Shown here one piece after another: positions 46,352-55,818 of a DNA stretch of 64,000 nucleotides (within the stretch, counting starts at the first letter, position 1; each line of letters opens with the position of its first letter). The notes beneath the pieces are model-generated. The model saw only the letters and a list, made by a program, of their open reading frames with translations. It searched no databases and was not told the origin of the DNA. The position numbers and the translations under genes were made by a program. Origin of the DNA: Escherichia phage vB-Eco-KMB40; sequence record OR539220.1, one strand, 5' to 3'.

Positions 46352-46711
46352 TTATATTATCTCCCATCGAAAAGGGTCAGGAGCATATCCGATAGAGTTA
46401 ATCATTTTAACTAAAGTTACCATTCCTTTGTTAACTGCTTGTGCGATTTCATCAAAAACTTCATCGCTATCATCATAAAGGTCATTAAAAAGTTCTAACA
46501 CGTTCTTCTGAACTTTTAATTTATGACCAACAATCTCGCCTACAGTAAATTCGTTTCCGCCGATTCCAGTGTAAAACGTAATTACACCAGTTAACAGACT
46601 TTCGCGAGAATCTAGGTCATGTGATAAATTAATATAAGCCATCCCGGGTGCAGTTTTAAGTTGGCAACGAATTCTTACTTGGGTAATTCCGGTTACATGA
46701 ATGTCGGACAT
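46352..46711 (-). CDS. Hypothetical protein (frd.x)
   Basis: 119 aa ORF. Confidence 0.5.
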   Translation of the reverse strand: MSDIHVTGITQVRIRCQLKTAPGMAYINLSHDLDSRESLLTGVITFYTGIGGNEFTVGEIVGHKLKVQKNVLELFNDLYDDSDEVFDEIAQAVNKGMVTLVKMINSIGYAPDPFRWEII

Positions 46712-46721
46712 ATTATTTTCC

Positions 46722-46964
46722 TCAAATAGACTTTTTCACAATTTTCCAATCAGCTTTAAACTGATCAACGTCAGAATGGTAAATCCAGAATCCTGCGCTT
46801 TCTCCGTCTTCATAAAGAGGACATCCATCGCATTCATCTTCCCATCCCATATCACGTAAAAGATGTTCAGCTTTTTCAATGAGTTCAGAATCTTTACCGA
46901 TGATATTAAAATACCATTTACCTCTAACTTCTGAATCTTTGATGCTCTGGCGTTGTAATCTCAT
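46722..46964 (-). CDS. Hypothetical protein (frd.x)
   Basis: 80 aa from ATG 46964 preceded by GAGGAG RBS; ORF track extends to 47054. Confidence 0.4.
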   Translation of the reverse strand: MRLQRQSIKDSEVRGKWYFNIIGKDSELIEKAEHLLRDMGWEDECDGCPLYEDGESAGFWIYHSDVDQFKADWKIVKKSI

Positions 46965-47022
46965 TTTATTCTCCTCAAGTTGATAGGGTAATAGTATCAC
47001 ACTACTACCCTGTTGTAAACAA

Positions 47023-47325
47023 TTATTTTTGAATTTTATCGAGCCACTTACCAAGCTTAATCATTTCTTTAATAGCCTTTTCCATACTTCTGAACTTAAC
47101 CAATAGAGGATAGGTATCGACACCCATAACTAAACTGGTTACAAGACTGTGTTCACCCACAAGCCATAACGAATACGTTTGAATATCGAGTCCGTAATTT
47201 CTGTCTTTATGGACCCGTACACCCATCACTTCAAATTTCTCACTAGCTTTTTCTACCGCATCCAGGAAATCATCTTTAGTCATATTAGGCCTTAAAAGTT
47301 TTTTGCAAAAGTTCAATGATTTCAT
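47023..47325 (-). CDS. Hypothetical protein (frd.x)
   Basis: 100 aa ORF; start uncertain. Confidence 0.4.
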   Translation of the reverse strand: MKSLNFCKKLLRPNMTKDDFLDAVEKASEKFEVMGVRVHKDRNYGLDIQTYSLWLVGEHSLVTSLVMGVDTYPLLVKFRSMEKAIKEMIKLGKWLDKIQK

Positions 47326-47716
47326 CTACATTGTTTTCATCAACAATGCAGTGAATTTTTGTTACGCCAGAAACCTTGTCTTTAACTTCATCCTCTTCAG
47401 AAGTCGGTTCTTTATATTCGCGGAAACAATGAAATTCGTCTTCACAAACGTTAAAGTAAAAATGCTTTCCATTTGCGCATTCAATGTGTTTTATTACTCT
47501 AAATCCATCAACAAAGAAAGCTTCTTTAACTTCAAACCATCCGCCGTTTTCTTGAATAATTTTAACTATTGATGAATTAGAACGTGGGCGATAATTAATA
47601 AATGTATCAATAAGTCTTGGAACAAGCTCATACTTTTTGCCGATATACATTACGGTTTCCTCATTTTGATAGGGGCTTGATAGGGGCTTGATAGCCCCTT
47701 GATAATTATTGTTCAA
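47285..47716 (-). CDS. Hypothetical protein (frd.x)
   Basis: 143 aa ORF; the 11-bp repeat hairpin lies in its first 22 codons, so the real start may be ATG 47650 (GAGGAA RBS). Confidence 0.45.
   Translation of the reverse strand: MNNNYQGAIKPLSSPYQNEETVMYIGKKYELVPRLIDTFINYRPRSNSSIVKIIQENGGWFEVKEAFFVDGFRVIKHIECANGKHFYFNVCEDEFHCFREYKEPTSEEDEVKDKVSGVTKIHCIVDENNVDEIIELLQKTFKA
47666..47704. repeat. Tandem 11-bp repeat (3.5 copies) forming a GC-stem hairpin
   Basis: TTGATAGGGGC TTGATAGGGGC TTGATAGCCCC TTGATA; GGGGC/GCCCC stem with TTGATA loop. Confidence 0.7.
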
Positions 47717-47936
47717 TCAGTCCCATGTAAAATTCTGCGTCTTCAGAATCCATGCCATCACAATATTCATTAGCCATAAAGCGGGTGAGGTCTTCAAGAG
47801 GACCTTCAATGACAATAGAAAAATTGCAATAATTGGGATCATCGTGAATACTTGTGATACTAAGTTCAGGATAACGATTACGAATAATTTCTTCAATATA
47901 TTCAAAATCAACGATGTCAATATCAACTTTAGCCAT
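47706..47936 (-). CDS. Hypothetical acidic protein (frd.x)
   Basis: 76 aa from ATG 47936 with AAAGAGGAAA RBS; ORF track extends to 47999. Confidence 0.4.
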   Translation of the reverse strand: MAKVDIDIVDFEYIEEIIRNRYPELSITSIHDDPNYCNFSIVIEGPLEDLTRFMANEYCDGMDSEDAEFYMGLIEQ

Positions 47937-48039
47937 ATTATTTTCCTCTTTAATTATCAGCAGTATTGCCGATAGTTGTATAGTACCATGGAAGGACAAG
48001 GATGTAAACAGTTTTGTGAAAAATTTTTAAAATAAAAAA

Positions 48040-48058
48040 GGGGACCCTAGAGGTCCCC
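48040..48058 (-). terminator. Terminator hairpin downstream of gene 32
   Basis: GGGGACC-CTAGA-GGTCCCC followed by T-run on minus strand. Confidence 0.6.
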
Positions 48059-48080
48059 AATTAATTAGTAATATAATCTA

Positions 48081-48986
48081 TTAAAGGTCATTCAAAAGGT
48101 CATCCAGGTCCGTGTCATCAGCACTAGATGAACTGCCAGAGCTTGAGCTCATAAAATCATCTTCAGTTTTTGTATTGAAGTCATCAACATTGAATGCATC
48201 CAAATCATCAGCAACTTTATCAGCTTTCTTAGCAGCAGTTGCAGCGGCACCGCCCATCACAGCAGTTCCCATAACTTGACCGAATTTAGTGCTCAGTTCT
48301 TCAAATGATTTGAATTTATCTTTAGAAGTCATTTCAGAAAGGTCAACCATTTGTTCGAACAGTTCTTTCTGGAAAGATTCATCATCAATGTTTGGAATCG
48401 CAGATTGATTCAGGAATTTAGATTCATCGTAGTTACTAAATCCAGAAACCTGTTTAACTTTCAGTACAAAGTTAGCACCTTCCCACGGACAAGTTACATC
48501 AACCGGAGTTTCACCCATTTCAACATCAACTGCAATCATTGCATTGATTTTATCCCAGATTTTCTTACCGAAACGGTATTTAAATACTTTACCTTCATTT
48601 TCTGGAGCAGCTGGGTCTTTTACAACAAGAATATTAGCCCAGTAAGAAGTTTTACGTTTAACAAGACCGTACTCTTTATTGTCAGTGTTGTACAGATCAT
48701 TTTTACTGATGTATTGACATACTGGGCAAGAATCGTAATCACCGTGGGTAGATGAACATGTTTCAATATACCATTTACCATTTTTCTTGAAACCGTGATT
48801 TACAAGAATTGCGAATGGTGCTTGTTCATCATTTTTAGACGGAAGAAAACGAATTACTGCTTGACCGTTACCCGCATTATCGAGTTTCAGTTTCCACTCG
48901 CCTTTATCTTCAGAAGAAAAACCTTTATTGCCATTCAGTTTAGCCATTTGTGCAGCAAGTTCAGCAGTAGATTTACGTTTAAACAT
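48081..48986 (-). CDS. 32: Single-stranded DNA-binding protein gp32
   Basis: 301 aa; N-terminus [17 protein letters not shown] and acidic C-terminal tail as T4 gp32; operator-like leader upstream. Confidence 0.95.
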
Positions 48987-49050
48987 TTTATTTCCTTTTT
49001 AATTTAATTTAATTAACAGTTGGTGCTATGACACTTTACCTCATAGCTGG
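48987..49050 (-). promoter_or_regulatory. Gene 32 translational operator (pseudoknot plus AU-rich UUAAA repeats)
   Basis: Leader reads ...GCTATGAGGTAAAGTGTCATAGCACCAACTGTTAATTAAATTAAATTAAAAAGGAAATAAAATG, matching the remembered T4 gene 32 autoregulatory leader. Confidence 0.65.
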
Positions 49051-49673
49051 CATAATTCGCAATACTCTGGGTCTTCGAGAGGTATCCAACCTGAGTTGAA
49101 ATACTTTACCATCGATTTAGCAGTTGTATCAGTTATATTTATATTACCTTTAACTCTTCGCCATCCAGGAGTTTTACCGTACAGATTAGAGGATAATAAT
49201 AACACATAATTCTCGTAAGCAATATGAGATAATTTCCAAGACTCTATATTAGCTCGTGATGTTTTCCAAGGTCTAAAATCGTCACGGTTCATATAATTAG
49301 CCAATCTCATATGCTCTCTAACTTCCGGGTCTTTAGCTGGATGAGTTTCACCACTCACACCAAATCCACCACCAGCATATACCAGATTAAAATAGTCTGG
49401 ATTATCTCTGGCATTTACTTCAAGTTGGTATTTTCGTTCTGCTTCAATAACATCCAAGTCATCATCAATTTGAATTATTTTAACGCTCGGTTTTTGAAGC
49501 ATTACCGCATTCAAAAATCTTTTTTGTTTACATGAGCTCCAGTATTCCTTTCCGGAAGAGTCATATATTATTCCGTTCTCAAATGAGCAATTTAATTTAC
49601 TACCGATATAGTAGTATGGCGGAGTCTTATTTTTGACACGGTCTTCAAATGTAAACCAATATACTATATTCAT
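49041..49673 (-). CDS. Putative GIY-YIG homing endonuclease (SegG-like, gene 32.1 position)
   Basis: 210 aa; N-terminal IVYWFTFEDRVKNKTPPYYYIGSK resembles a GIY-YIG module; lies between 59 and 32. Confidence 0.5.
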   Translation of the reverse strand: MNIVYWFTFEDRVKNKTPPYYYIGSKLNCSFENGIIYDSSGKEYWSSCKQKRFLNAVMLQKPSVKIIQIDDDLDVIEAERKYQLEVNARDNPDYFNLVYAGGGFGVSGETHPAKDPEVREHMRLANYMNRDDFRPWKTSRANIESWKLSHIAYENYVLLLSSNLYGKTPGWRRVKGNINITDTTAKSMVKYFNSGWIPLEDPEYCELCQL

Positions 49674-49674
49674 A

Positions 49675-50328
49675 TCAATACTTGCAAGATTTCACAGTTT
49701 CAATGAAAACATTTTTAGCTTTCTGTGAATCAATATTTAAAATTTTTCTATAAGCCTTTAACTTTATAGAATAATTATTCCAGACTAAATTATCAGTCTG
49801 TTCATCGTGTTTATCAATTATATTTAAAAACGAATCAAGCAAGATAAACGTCTCAAACGAAATTATGTTCGATTGCAGAAGTTTAAAAATATAACTTGAC
49901 TGAACCTTTGGATTATATTCAAAGATTTCTTTAAAAGCAGAAACTTCAACTTTTTTACTAAAATAGTAAATATTGCGAATATCTTCTTCAAACTTAAACT
50001 TAATTTGCTTTAAGCGTCCGATATATTCACGATAAAACACAAGTGCATCAGCGTCAGAGATGTCGCCAATCCAAGCATCTTGGTTAGCAACCAAATTACT
50101 TATAAAGATTAAAGCGAGTTCCTTTAATTTATATTTTTCTGATAACTTCTGGAAAAAATACTTATCCCTTCGCTTTTGATAAGCGGCATCAGACACCCGC
50201 ATGCACCAATTATACTTAATAACATCATACTTTCCATTCATATGTTGTTTTATCATTAAGTATAATTTATAAACTGATTTACCATCAATGTATCTTTCAC
50301 CACCAGCAGGCATGCGGAGTTTAATCAT
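49675..50328 (-). CDS. 59: Helicase loader gp59
   Basis: 217 aa as T4 gp59. Confidence 0.85.
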   Translation of the reverse strand: MIKLRMPAGGERYIDGKSVYKLYLMIKQHMNGKYDVIKYNWCMRVSDAAYQKRRDKYFFQKLSEKYKLKELALIFISNLVANQDAWIGDISDADALVFYREYIGRLKQIKFKFEEDIRNIYYFSKKVEVSAFKEIFEYNPKVQSSYIFKLLQSNIISFETFILLDSFLNIIDKHDEQTDNLVWNNYSIKLKAYRKILNIDSQKAKNVFIETVKSCKY

Positions 50329-50663
50329 AGCAGAAAATCTAATGTATTAGTTTTTTCACAACGAACAACAGAAGGACGTAAAAGATTTTCGTCAATAGCT
50401 TCTGACTGGATTTTTTCAATTATCCCCGAAGGAATAAATTTAGCAAATTGAGTTTCAGGAATAGAGTTTTCTTCCAAGAATGCTGTCGTAGCTTCAAGAT
50501 AACTCATTCCAAACTCTTCTACCATTTTTTCAATGATAAATCCATTTTCTTGTCGATCAAGAAGCTTTGCGATTTCATCTTTTTCCTTTTTAAGGGAAAG
50601 TTCTTTTTCTGAAAGCCCGGCCTCATCGACCGGACGAATATCATTTAGAGAAAACTGTGTCAT
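50325..50663 (-). CDS. 33: Late transcription accessory protein gp33
   Basis: 112 aa from ATG 50663 (MTQFSLNDIRPVDE as T4 gp33); ORF track begins 3 codons earlier. Confidence 0.8.
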   Translation of the reverse strand: MTQFSLNDIRPVDEAGLSEKELSLKKEKDEIAKLLDRQENGFIIEKMVEEFGMSYLEATTAFLEENSIPETQFAKFIPSGIIEKIQSEAIDENLLRPSVVRCEKTNTLDFLL

Positions 50664-50910
50664 AAAGTTCAACTACCTCTTCAGTTTCAGCTTCAAACAC
50701 ATCACGGTTATCTTTATGATATAGAGCCAAAAGACGATTAAACATCTTGCCATCAACACCAAGTTCATCTTTGGCACGAATTCGAATATCTTTAATCAAT
50801 TCATTATAACCGGAAATTTTCAGTTTATGATCAGATGCTTCTTTAATAAATTTAGCCAAGTCTTCGCCGTGGATAGCTTCATCAAATTCAACCATTTCTT
50901 TTTTAGCCAT
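50641..50910 (-). CDS. dsbA: DsbA double-stranded DNA-binding protein
   Basis: 89 aa; matches T4 DsbA length and position. Confidence 0.8.
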   Translation of the reverse strand: MAKKEMVEFDEAIHGEDLAKFIKEASDHKLKISGYNELIKDIRIRAKDELGVDGKMFNRLLALYHKDNRDVFEAETEEVVELYDTVFSK

Positions 50911-50918
50911 TATTCACC

Positions 50919-51836
50919 TCAAAATTCATTAATGCTATTAGTTAATTTAGAAAGACCAGCTTTTACAAAATATGAATAAATTTTGCCACGCGGTGGTAAT
51001 TTATATGAATTATAGTAATTCACAATGTTTGAAGCAATATTATCAGGAATATAATCAAAATCAATTAGAACTAAATTTTCTTTATACCGATTATATTCAG
51101 ATTCTGTGAGAAGCACCTTAGCTTGCTCACGGTCATTAGCAATAGCTTCAACGATTGAAGTTTTCATTGAAGGAGTTCGTTCACCTTCAACTTTGGTAAA
51201 CCAAAAGTCAGATCGTACTTTAACTGAAGCAACGTTATCCTTTTTATCGCCTTTAAGGATTTTAGTCATACAGTCAATTTCAGCAGAACCGCTTTTAATT
51301 TTAACCCATTTCTTATGCATCGGTGACCATTGCTTAACATTTGGATATTTGTGAAGTTGAGTAAAGTCACCATCAGATGAAATGATTAAAATCTTATGTC
51401 CTTCTAAAGAGAACTTTTTAACAAGAACAGCAATGTGGTCATCCGCTTCATACTTATCAATATCCATAACAATGTATGGCATATAAGCTTTCAATTCATC
51501 TATAACTTTATGGCTGGATTCAAAATAACCTTCCCAGTCCCAAGTCGATTCTTCTCGTGCTTTTCCACGGTTTTTCTTATAATAATAAGCGAAATCACGA
51601 CGCCAGTATCCAGATTTCGCGTTATCAATACACAGTACAATTTTAGTGTATCCAAGAGTTTTTGCTTTTTTGACATTAAACTTAATTGAGTTCAATATCA
51701 AATGACGAACCATTGATAAATTAATTTTTTCTTTATCTGGGAAGTTTACTAAAGCAGTTGAAAGCGCAATTTGACTAAAGTCAATAAAGCAAATTCCTTC
51801 TTTGTAATCTTCATCCAGCATCATTTCTAAATCCAT
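50919..51836 (-). CDS. rnh: RNase H (5'-3' exonuclease / flap endonuclease)
   Basis: 305 aa from ATG 51836 (MDLEMMLDEDYKEGIC); ORF track begins 5 codons earlier. Confidence 0.85.
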   Translation of the reverse strand: MDLEMMLDEDYKEGICFIDFSQIALSTALVNFPDKEKINLSMVRHLILNSIKFNVKKAKTLGYTKIVLCIDNAKSGYWRRDFAYYYKKNRGKAREESTWDWEGYFESSHKVIDELKAYMPYIVMDIDKYEADDHIAVLVKKFSLEGHKILIISSDGDFTQLHKYPNVKQWSPMHKKWVKIKSGSAEIDCMTKILKGDKKDNVASVKVRSDFWFTKVEGERTPSMKTSIVEAIANDREQAKVLLTESEYNRYKENLVLIDFDYIPDNIASNIVNYYNSYKLPPRGKIYSYFVKAGLSKLTNSINEF

Positions 51837-51865
51837 ATGAACCTCGTTCAATTAGTGAGATTTCT

Positions 51866-51895
51866 ATTATATACCATCCAAATCTTAAAGTAAAC
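51866..51895 (-). promoter_or_regulatory. Candidate early promoter for rnh, divergent from the gene 34 late promoter
   Basis: Minus strand reads GTTTAC - 18 nt - TATAAT upstream of the rnh start. Confidence 0.4.
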
Positions 51896-51898
51896 AAG

Positions 51899-51906
51899 TA
51901 TAAATA
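51899..51906 (+). promoter_or_regulatory. Candidate late promoter for gene 34
   Basis: Exact TATAAATA 35 nt upstream of ATG 51941. Confidence 0.5.
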
Positions 51907-51940
51907 CTTATTATTGAAAACACAATAGGAGCCCGGGAGA

Positions 51941-54900
51941 ATGGCCGAGATTAAAAGAAAGTTCAGAGCAGAAGACGGTCTGGACGCAGGTGGCGATAAA
52001 ATAATCAACGTAGCTTTAGCTGATCGTACCGTAGGAACTGACGGTGTTAACGTTGATTACTTAATTCAAGAAAACACAGTTCAACAATATGATCCAACTC
52101 GTGGATATTTAAAAGATTTTGTAATCATTTATGATAACCGCTTTTGGGCTGCTATAAATGATATTCCAAAACCAGCAGGAGCTTTTAATAGCGTACGATG
52201 GAGAGCGTTACGTACTGATGCAAACTGGACAACTGTTTCGTCAGGACCTTATCAATTAAAATCAGGCGAATCGATTTCAGTTAACACTGCAGCGGGTAAT
52301 GACATTACATTTACTTTGCCATCTTCTCCGATTGATGGTGATACTATCGTTCTCCAAGATATTGGAGGAAAACCTGGAGTTAACCAGGTTTTAATTACAG
52401 CTCCGGTACAAAGCATTGTAAACTTTAGAGGTCAACAAGTACGCTCAGTACTAATGACTCATCCAAAATCACAGATAGTTTTAATTTTTAGTAATCGTCT
52501 GTGGCAAATGTATGTTGCTGATTATAGCAGAGAAGCGGCAGTTGTAACGCCAGCGAGTCTTTATCAAGCGCAATCAAACGATTTTATCGTGCGTAGATTT
52601 ACTTCTGCTTCAGCAATTAATATTAAACTTCCTAGATTTGCTAATCATGGGGATATTATTAATTTTGTTGATTTAGATAAATTAAATCCGTTATATCATA
52701 CTATCGTTACTACATACGATGAAACGACTTCAGTACAAGAAGTTGGAACTCATTCCATTGAAGGCCGTACATCTATTGATGGTTTCTTAATGTTTGATGA
52801 TAATGAGAAATTGTGGAGATTATTTGACGGGGATAGTAAAGCACGTTTACGCATTATAACAACTAATTCAAACATCCGTCCAAATGAAGAAGTCATGGTA
52901 TTTGGCGCGAATAATGGAACAACTCAAACAATTGAACTTCAGCTTCCGACTGATATTTCTGTTGGTGATACTGTCAAAATTTCCATGAATTACATGAGAA
53001 AAGGACAAACAGTTAAAATCAAAGCTGCCGGTGAAGATAAAATTGCTTCTTCAGTTCAATTGTTGCAATTTCCAAAACGTTCAGAATACCCACCTGAAAC
53101 TAAATGGGTGACTGTTCAAGAATTAGTTTTTAATGGCGAAACCAATTATGTTCCAGTTTTACAGCTTGCTTATATCGAAGATTCCGATGGAAAATATTGG
53201 GTTGTACAGCAAAACGTTCCAACTGTAGAAAGAGTAGACTCTTTAAATAATTCTACTAGAGCAAGATTAGGTGTAATTGCATTAGCTACACAGGCTCAAG
53301 CTAATGCAGATTTAGAAAATTCTCCACAAAAAGAATTGGCAATTACTCCAGAAACGTTAGCTAATCGTACTGCTACAGAAACTCGTAGAGGTATTGCAAG
53401 AATAGCAACAACTGCGCAAGTAAACCAGGATACCACATTCTCTTTTGCAGATGACCTTATCATTACTCCTAAAAAGCTGAATGAAAGAACTGCTACAGAA
53501 ACTCGCAGAGGTGTCGCAGAAATTGCTACGCAGCAGGAAACTAATACAGGTACTGATGATACTACAATCATCACTCCTAAAAAGCTTCAAGCTCGACAAG
53601 GTTCTGAATCATTATCTGGTATTGTAACCTTTGTATCTACCGCAGGAGCTACTCCAGCTTCTAGTCGTGAATTAAATGGTACAAATGTTTACAATAAAAA
53701 CACTAATAATTTAGTTGTTTCGCCTAAAGCTTTAGATCAATATAAAGCTACTCCAACGCAACAAGGTGCAGTAATTTTAGCAGTTGAAAGTGAAGTAATT
53801 GCTGGACAGAGTCAAGAAGGATGGGCAAATGCGGTTGTAACGCCAGAAACGTTACATAAAAAGACATCAACTGATGGAAGAATTGGTTTAATTGAAATTG
53901 CTACGCAAAGTGAAGTTAATACAGGAACTGATTATACTCGCGCAGTCACTCCTAAAACTTTAAATGACCGTAGAGCAACTGAAAGTTTAAGTGGTATAGC
54001 TGAAATTGCTACGCAAGTTGAATTCGACGCAGGCGTCGACGATACTCGTATCTCTACACCATTAAAAATTAAAACTAGATTTAATAGTACTGATCGTACT
54101 TCTGTTGTTGCTCTATCTGGATTAGTTGAATCAGGAACTCTCTGGGACCATTATACCCTTAATATTCTTGAAGCAAATGAGACACAACGTGGTACACTTC
54201 GTGTGGCTACACAAGTTGAAGCTGCTGCCGGAAAATTAGATAATGTTTTAATAACTCCTAAAAAGCTTTTAGGTACTAAATCTACCGAATCGCAAGAAGG
54301 TGTTATTAAAGTTGCAACTCAGTCTGAAACTGTGGCTGGAACGTCAGCGAACACTGCTGTATCTCCAAAAAATTTAAAATGGATTGTGCAGAGTGAACCT
54401 ACCTGGGCAGCTACTACTGCAGTAAGAGGTTTTGTTAAAACTTCATCTGGTTCAATTACATTTGTCGGTAATGATACAGTCGGTTCTACCCAAGATTTAG
54501 AACTGTATGAGAAAAATAGCTATGCAGTATCACCATACGAATTAAACCGTGTATTAGCAAATTATTTACCGTTAAAAGCAAAAGCTGCTGATAGTAATTT
54601 ATTGGATGGTCTAGATTCATCTCAGTTCATTCGTAGGGACATTGCGCAGACGGTTAATGGTTCACTAACCTTAACCCAACAAACGAATCTGAGTGCCCCT
54701 CTTGTATCATCTAGTACTGCTACGTTTGGTGGTTCAGTTTCGGCAAATAGTGTACTAACTATTTCTAATACTGGAACAGAAACTCATCTGATTTTTGAGA
54801 AAGGACCTCAAACTGGAACTAACCAAGCACAGACGGTGACTATTAGAGTGTGGGGTAATCAATTTAGTGGTGAATCAGATGCAACGCGTTCTACTGTATT

Positions 54901-55810
54901 TGAAGTTAGTGATGAAACATCTTATCACTTTTATTCTCAACGCGATAAAGATGGTAATATAGCATTTAGCATTAATGGTACTGTAATGCCAATAAATGTG
55001 AATGCTTTAGGTTCTTTGAACGCGAACGGCGCTGCAACATTCGGCAGTTCAGTTACTGCTAATGGCGAATTTATCAGTAAATCGTCGAATGCTTTTAGAG
55101 CAATAAACGGTGATTATGGATTCTTTATTCGTAATGATGCTGCTAACACCTATTTTATGCTTACTGCATCAGGTGATCAGACTGGTGGATTTAATGGATT
55201 ACGTCCTTTAGCTATTAATAATGCATCTGGCCAAGTAACGATTGGCGAAAGCTTAATCATTGCCAAAGGTGCTACTATAAATTCAGGTGGTTTGACTGTT
55301 AACTCGAGAATTCGTTCTCAGGGTACTAAAACATCTGATTTATACACCCGCGCGCCAACATCTGATACAGTAGGATTCTGGTCAATCGATATTAACGATT
55401 CAGCCACTTATAACCAGTTCCCTGGTTATTTTAAAATGGTTGAAAAAACTAATGAAGTGACTGGACTTCCATACTTAGAACGTGGCGAAGAAGTTAAATC
55501 TCCTGGTACACTGACTCAGTTTGGTAACACACTTGATTCGCTTTACCAAGATTGGATTACTTATCCAACAACACCAGAAGCACGTACCACTCGTTGGACA
55601 CGCACATGGCAGAAAACCAAAAACTCTTGGTCAAGTTTTGTTCAGGTATTTGATGGGGGTAACCCTCCTCAGCCATCTGATATTGGTGCTTTACCATCTG
55701 ATAATGCTATAATGGGGAATCTTACTATTCGTGATTTCTTACGAATTGGTAATGTTCGCATTGTTCCTGACCCAGTGAATAAAACGGTTAAATTTGAATG
55801 GGTTGAATAA
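51941..55810 (+). CDS. 34: Long tail fibre proximal subunit gp34
   Basis: 1289 aa as T4 gp34; internal ~40-aa fibre repeats; late promoter upstream. Confidence 0.9.
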   Translation: MAEIKRKFRAEDGLDAGGDKIINVALADRTVGTDGVNVDYLIQENTVQQYDPTRGYLKDFVIIYDNRFWAAINDIPKPAGAFNSVRWRALRTDANWTTVSSGPYQLKSGESISVNTAAGNDITFTLPSSPIDGDTIVLQDIGGKPGVNQVLITAPVQSIVNFRGQQVRSVLMTHPKSQIVLIFSNRLWQMYVADYSREAAVVTPASLYQAQSNDFIVRRFTSASAINIKLPRFANHGDIINFVDLDKLNPLYHTIVTTYDETTSVQEVGTHSIEGRTSIDGFLMFDDNEKLWRLFDGDSKARLRIITTNSNIRPNEEVMVFGANNGTTQTIELQLPTDISVGDTVKISMNYMRKGQTVKIKAAGEDKIASSVQLLQFPKRSEYPPETKWVTVQELVFNGETNYVPVLQLAYIEDSDGKYWVVQQNVPTVERVDSLNNSTRARLGVIALATQAQANADLENSPQKELAITPETLANRTATETRRGIARIATTAQVNQDTTFSFADDLIITPKKLNERTATETRRGVAEIATQQETNTGTDDTTIITPKKLQARQGSESLSGIVTFVSTAGATPASSRELNGTNVYNKNTNNLVVSPKALDQYKATPTQQGAVILAVESEVIAGQSQEGWANAVVTPETLHKKTSTDGRIGLIEIATQSEVNTGTDYTRAVTPKTLNDRRATESLSGIAEIATQVEFDAGVDDTRISTPLKIKTRFNSTDRTSVVALSGLVESGTLWDHYTLNILEANETQRGTLRVATQVEAAAGKLDNVLITPKKLLGTKSTESQEGVIKVATQSETVAGTSANTAVSPKNLKWIVQSEPTWAATTAVRGFVKTSSGSITFVGNDTVGSTQDLELYEKNSYAVSPYELNRVLANYLPLKAKAADSNLLDGLDSSQFIRRDIAQTVNGSLTLTQQTNLSAPLVSSSTATFGGSVSANSVLTISNTGTETHLIFEKGPQTGTNQAQTVTIRVWGNQFSGESDATRSTVFEVSDETSYHFYSQRDKDGNIAFSINGTVMPINVNALGSLNANGAATFGSSVTANGEFISKSSNAFRAINGDYGFFIRNDAANTYFMLTASGDQTGGFNGLRPLAINNASGQVTIGESLIIAKGATINSGGLTVNSRIRSQGTKTSDLYTRAPTSDTVGFWSIDINDSATYNQFPGYFKMVEKTNEVTGLPYLERGEEVKSPGTLTQFGNTLDSLYQDWITYPTTPEARTTRWTRTWQKTKNSWSSFVQVFDGGNPPQPSDIGALPSDNAIMGNLTIRDFLRIGNVRIVPDPVNKTVKFEWVE

Positions 55811-55818
55811 GAGGTATT

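Noticed and set aside
51941-52300. Attempt to locate the ori(34) middle promoter at the 5' end of gene 34
   Set aside because: Only a weak MotA-box-like sequence (CGCTTTT) without a properly spaced -10 was seen; not reportable.
53296-53599. Two overlapping minus-strand ORFs (92 and 80 aa) within gene 34
   Set aside because: Lie inside the fibre-repeat region of gp34; repeat-driven open frames on the opposite strand, not independent genes.
53341-54390. Possible CRISPR-like periodic repeats
   Set aside because: The periodicity (about 120 bp) is in-frame protein-coding fibre repeats with diverged units; no short identical direct repeats separated by unique spacers.
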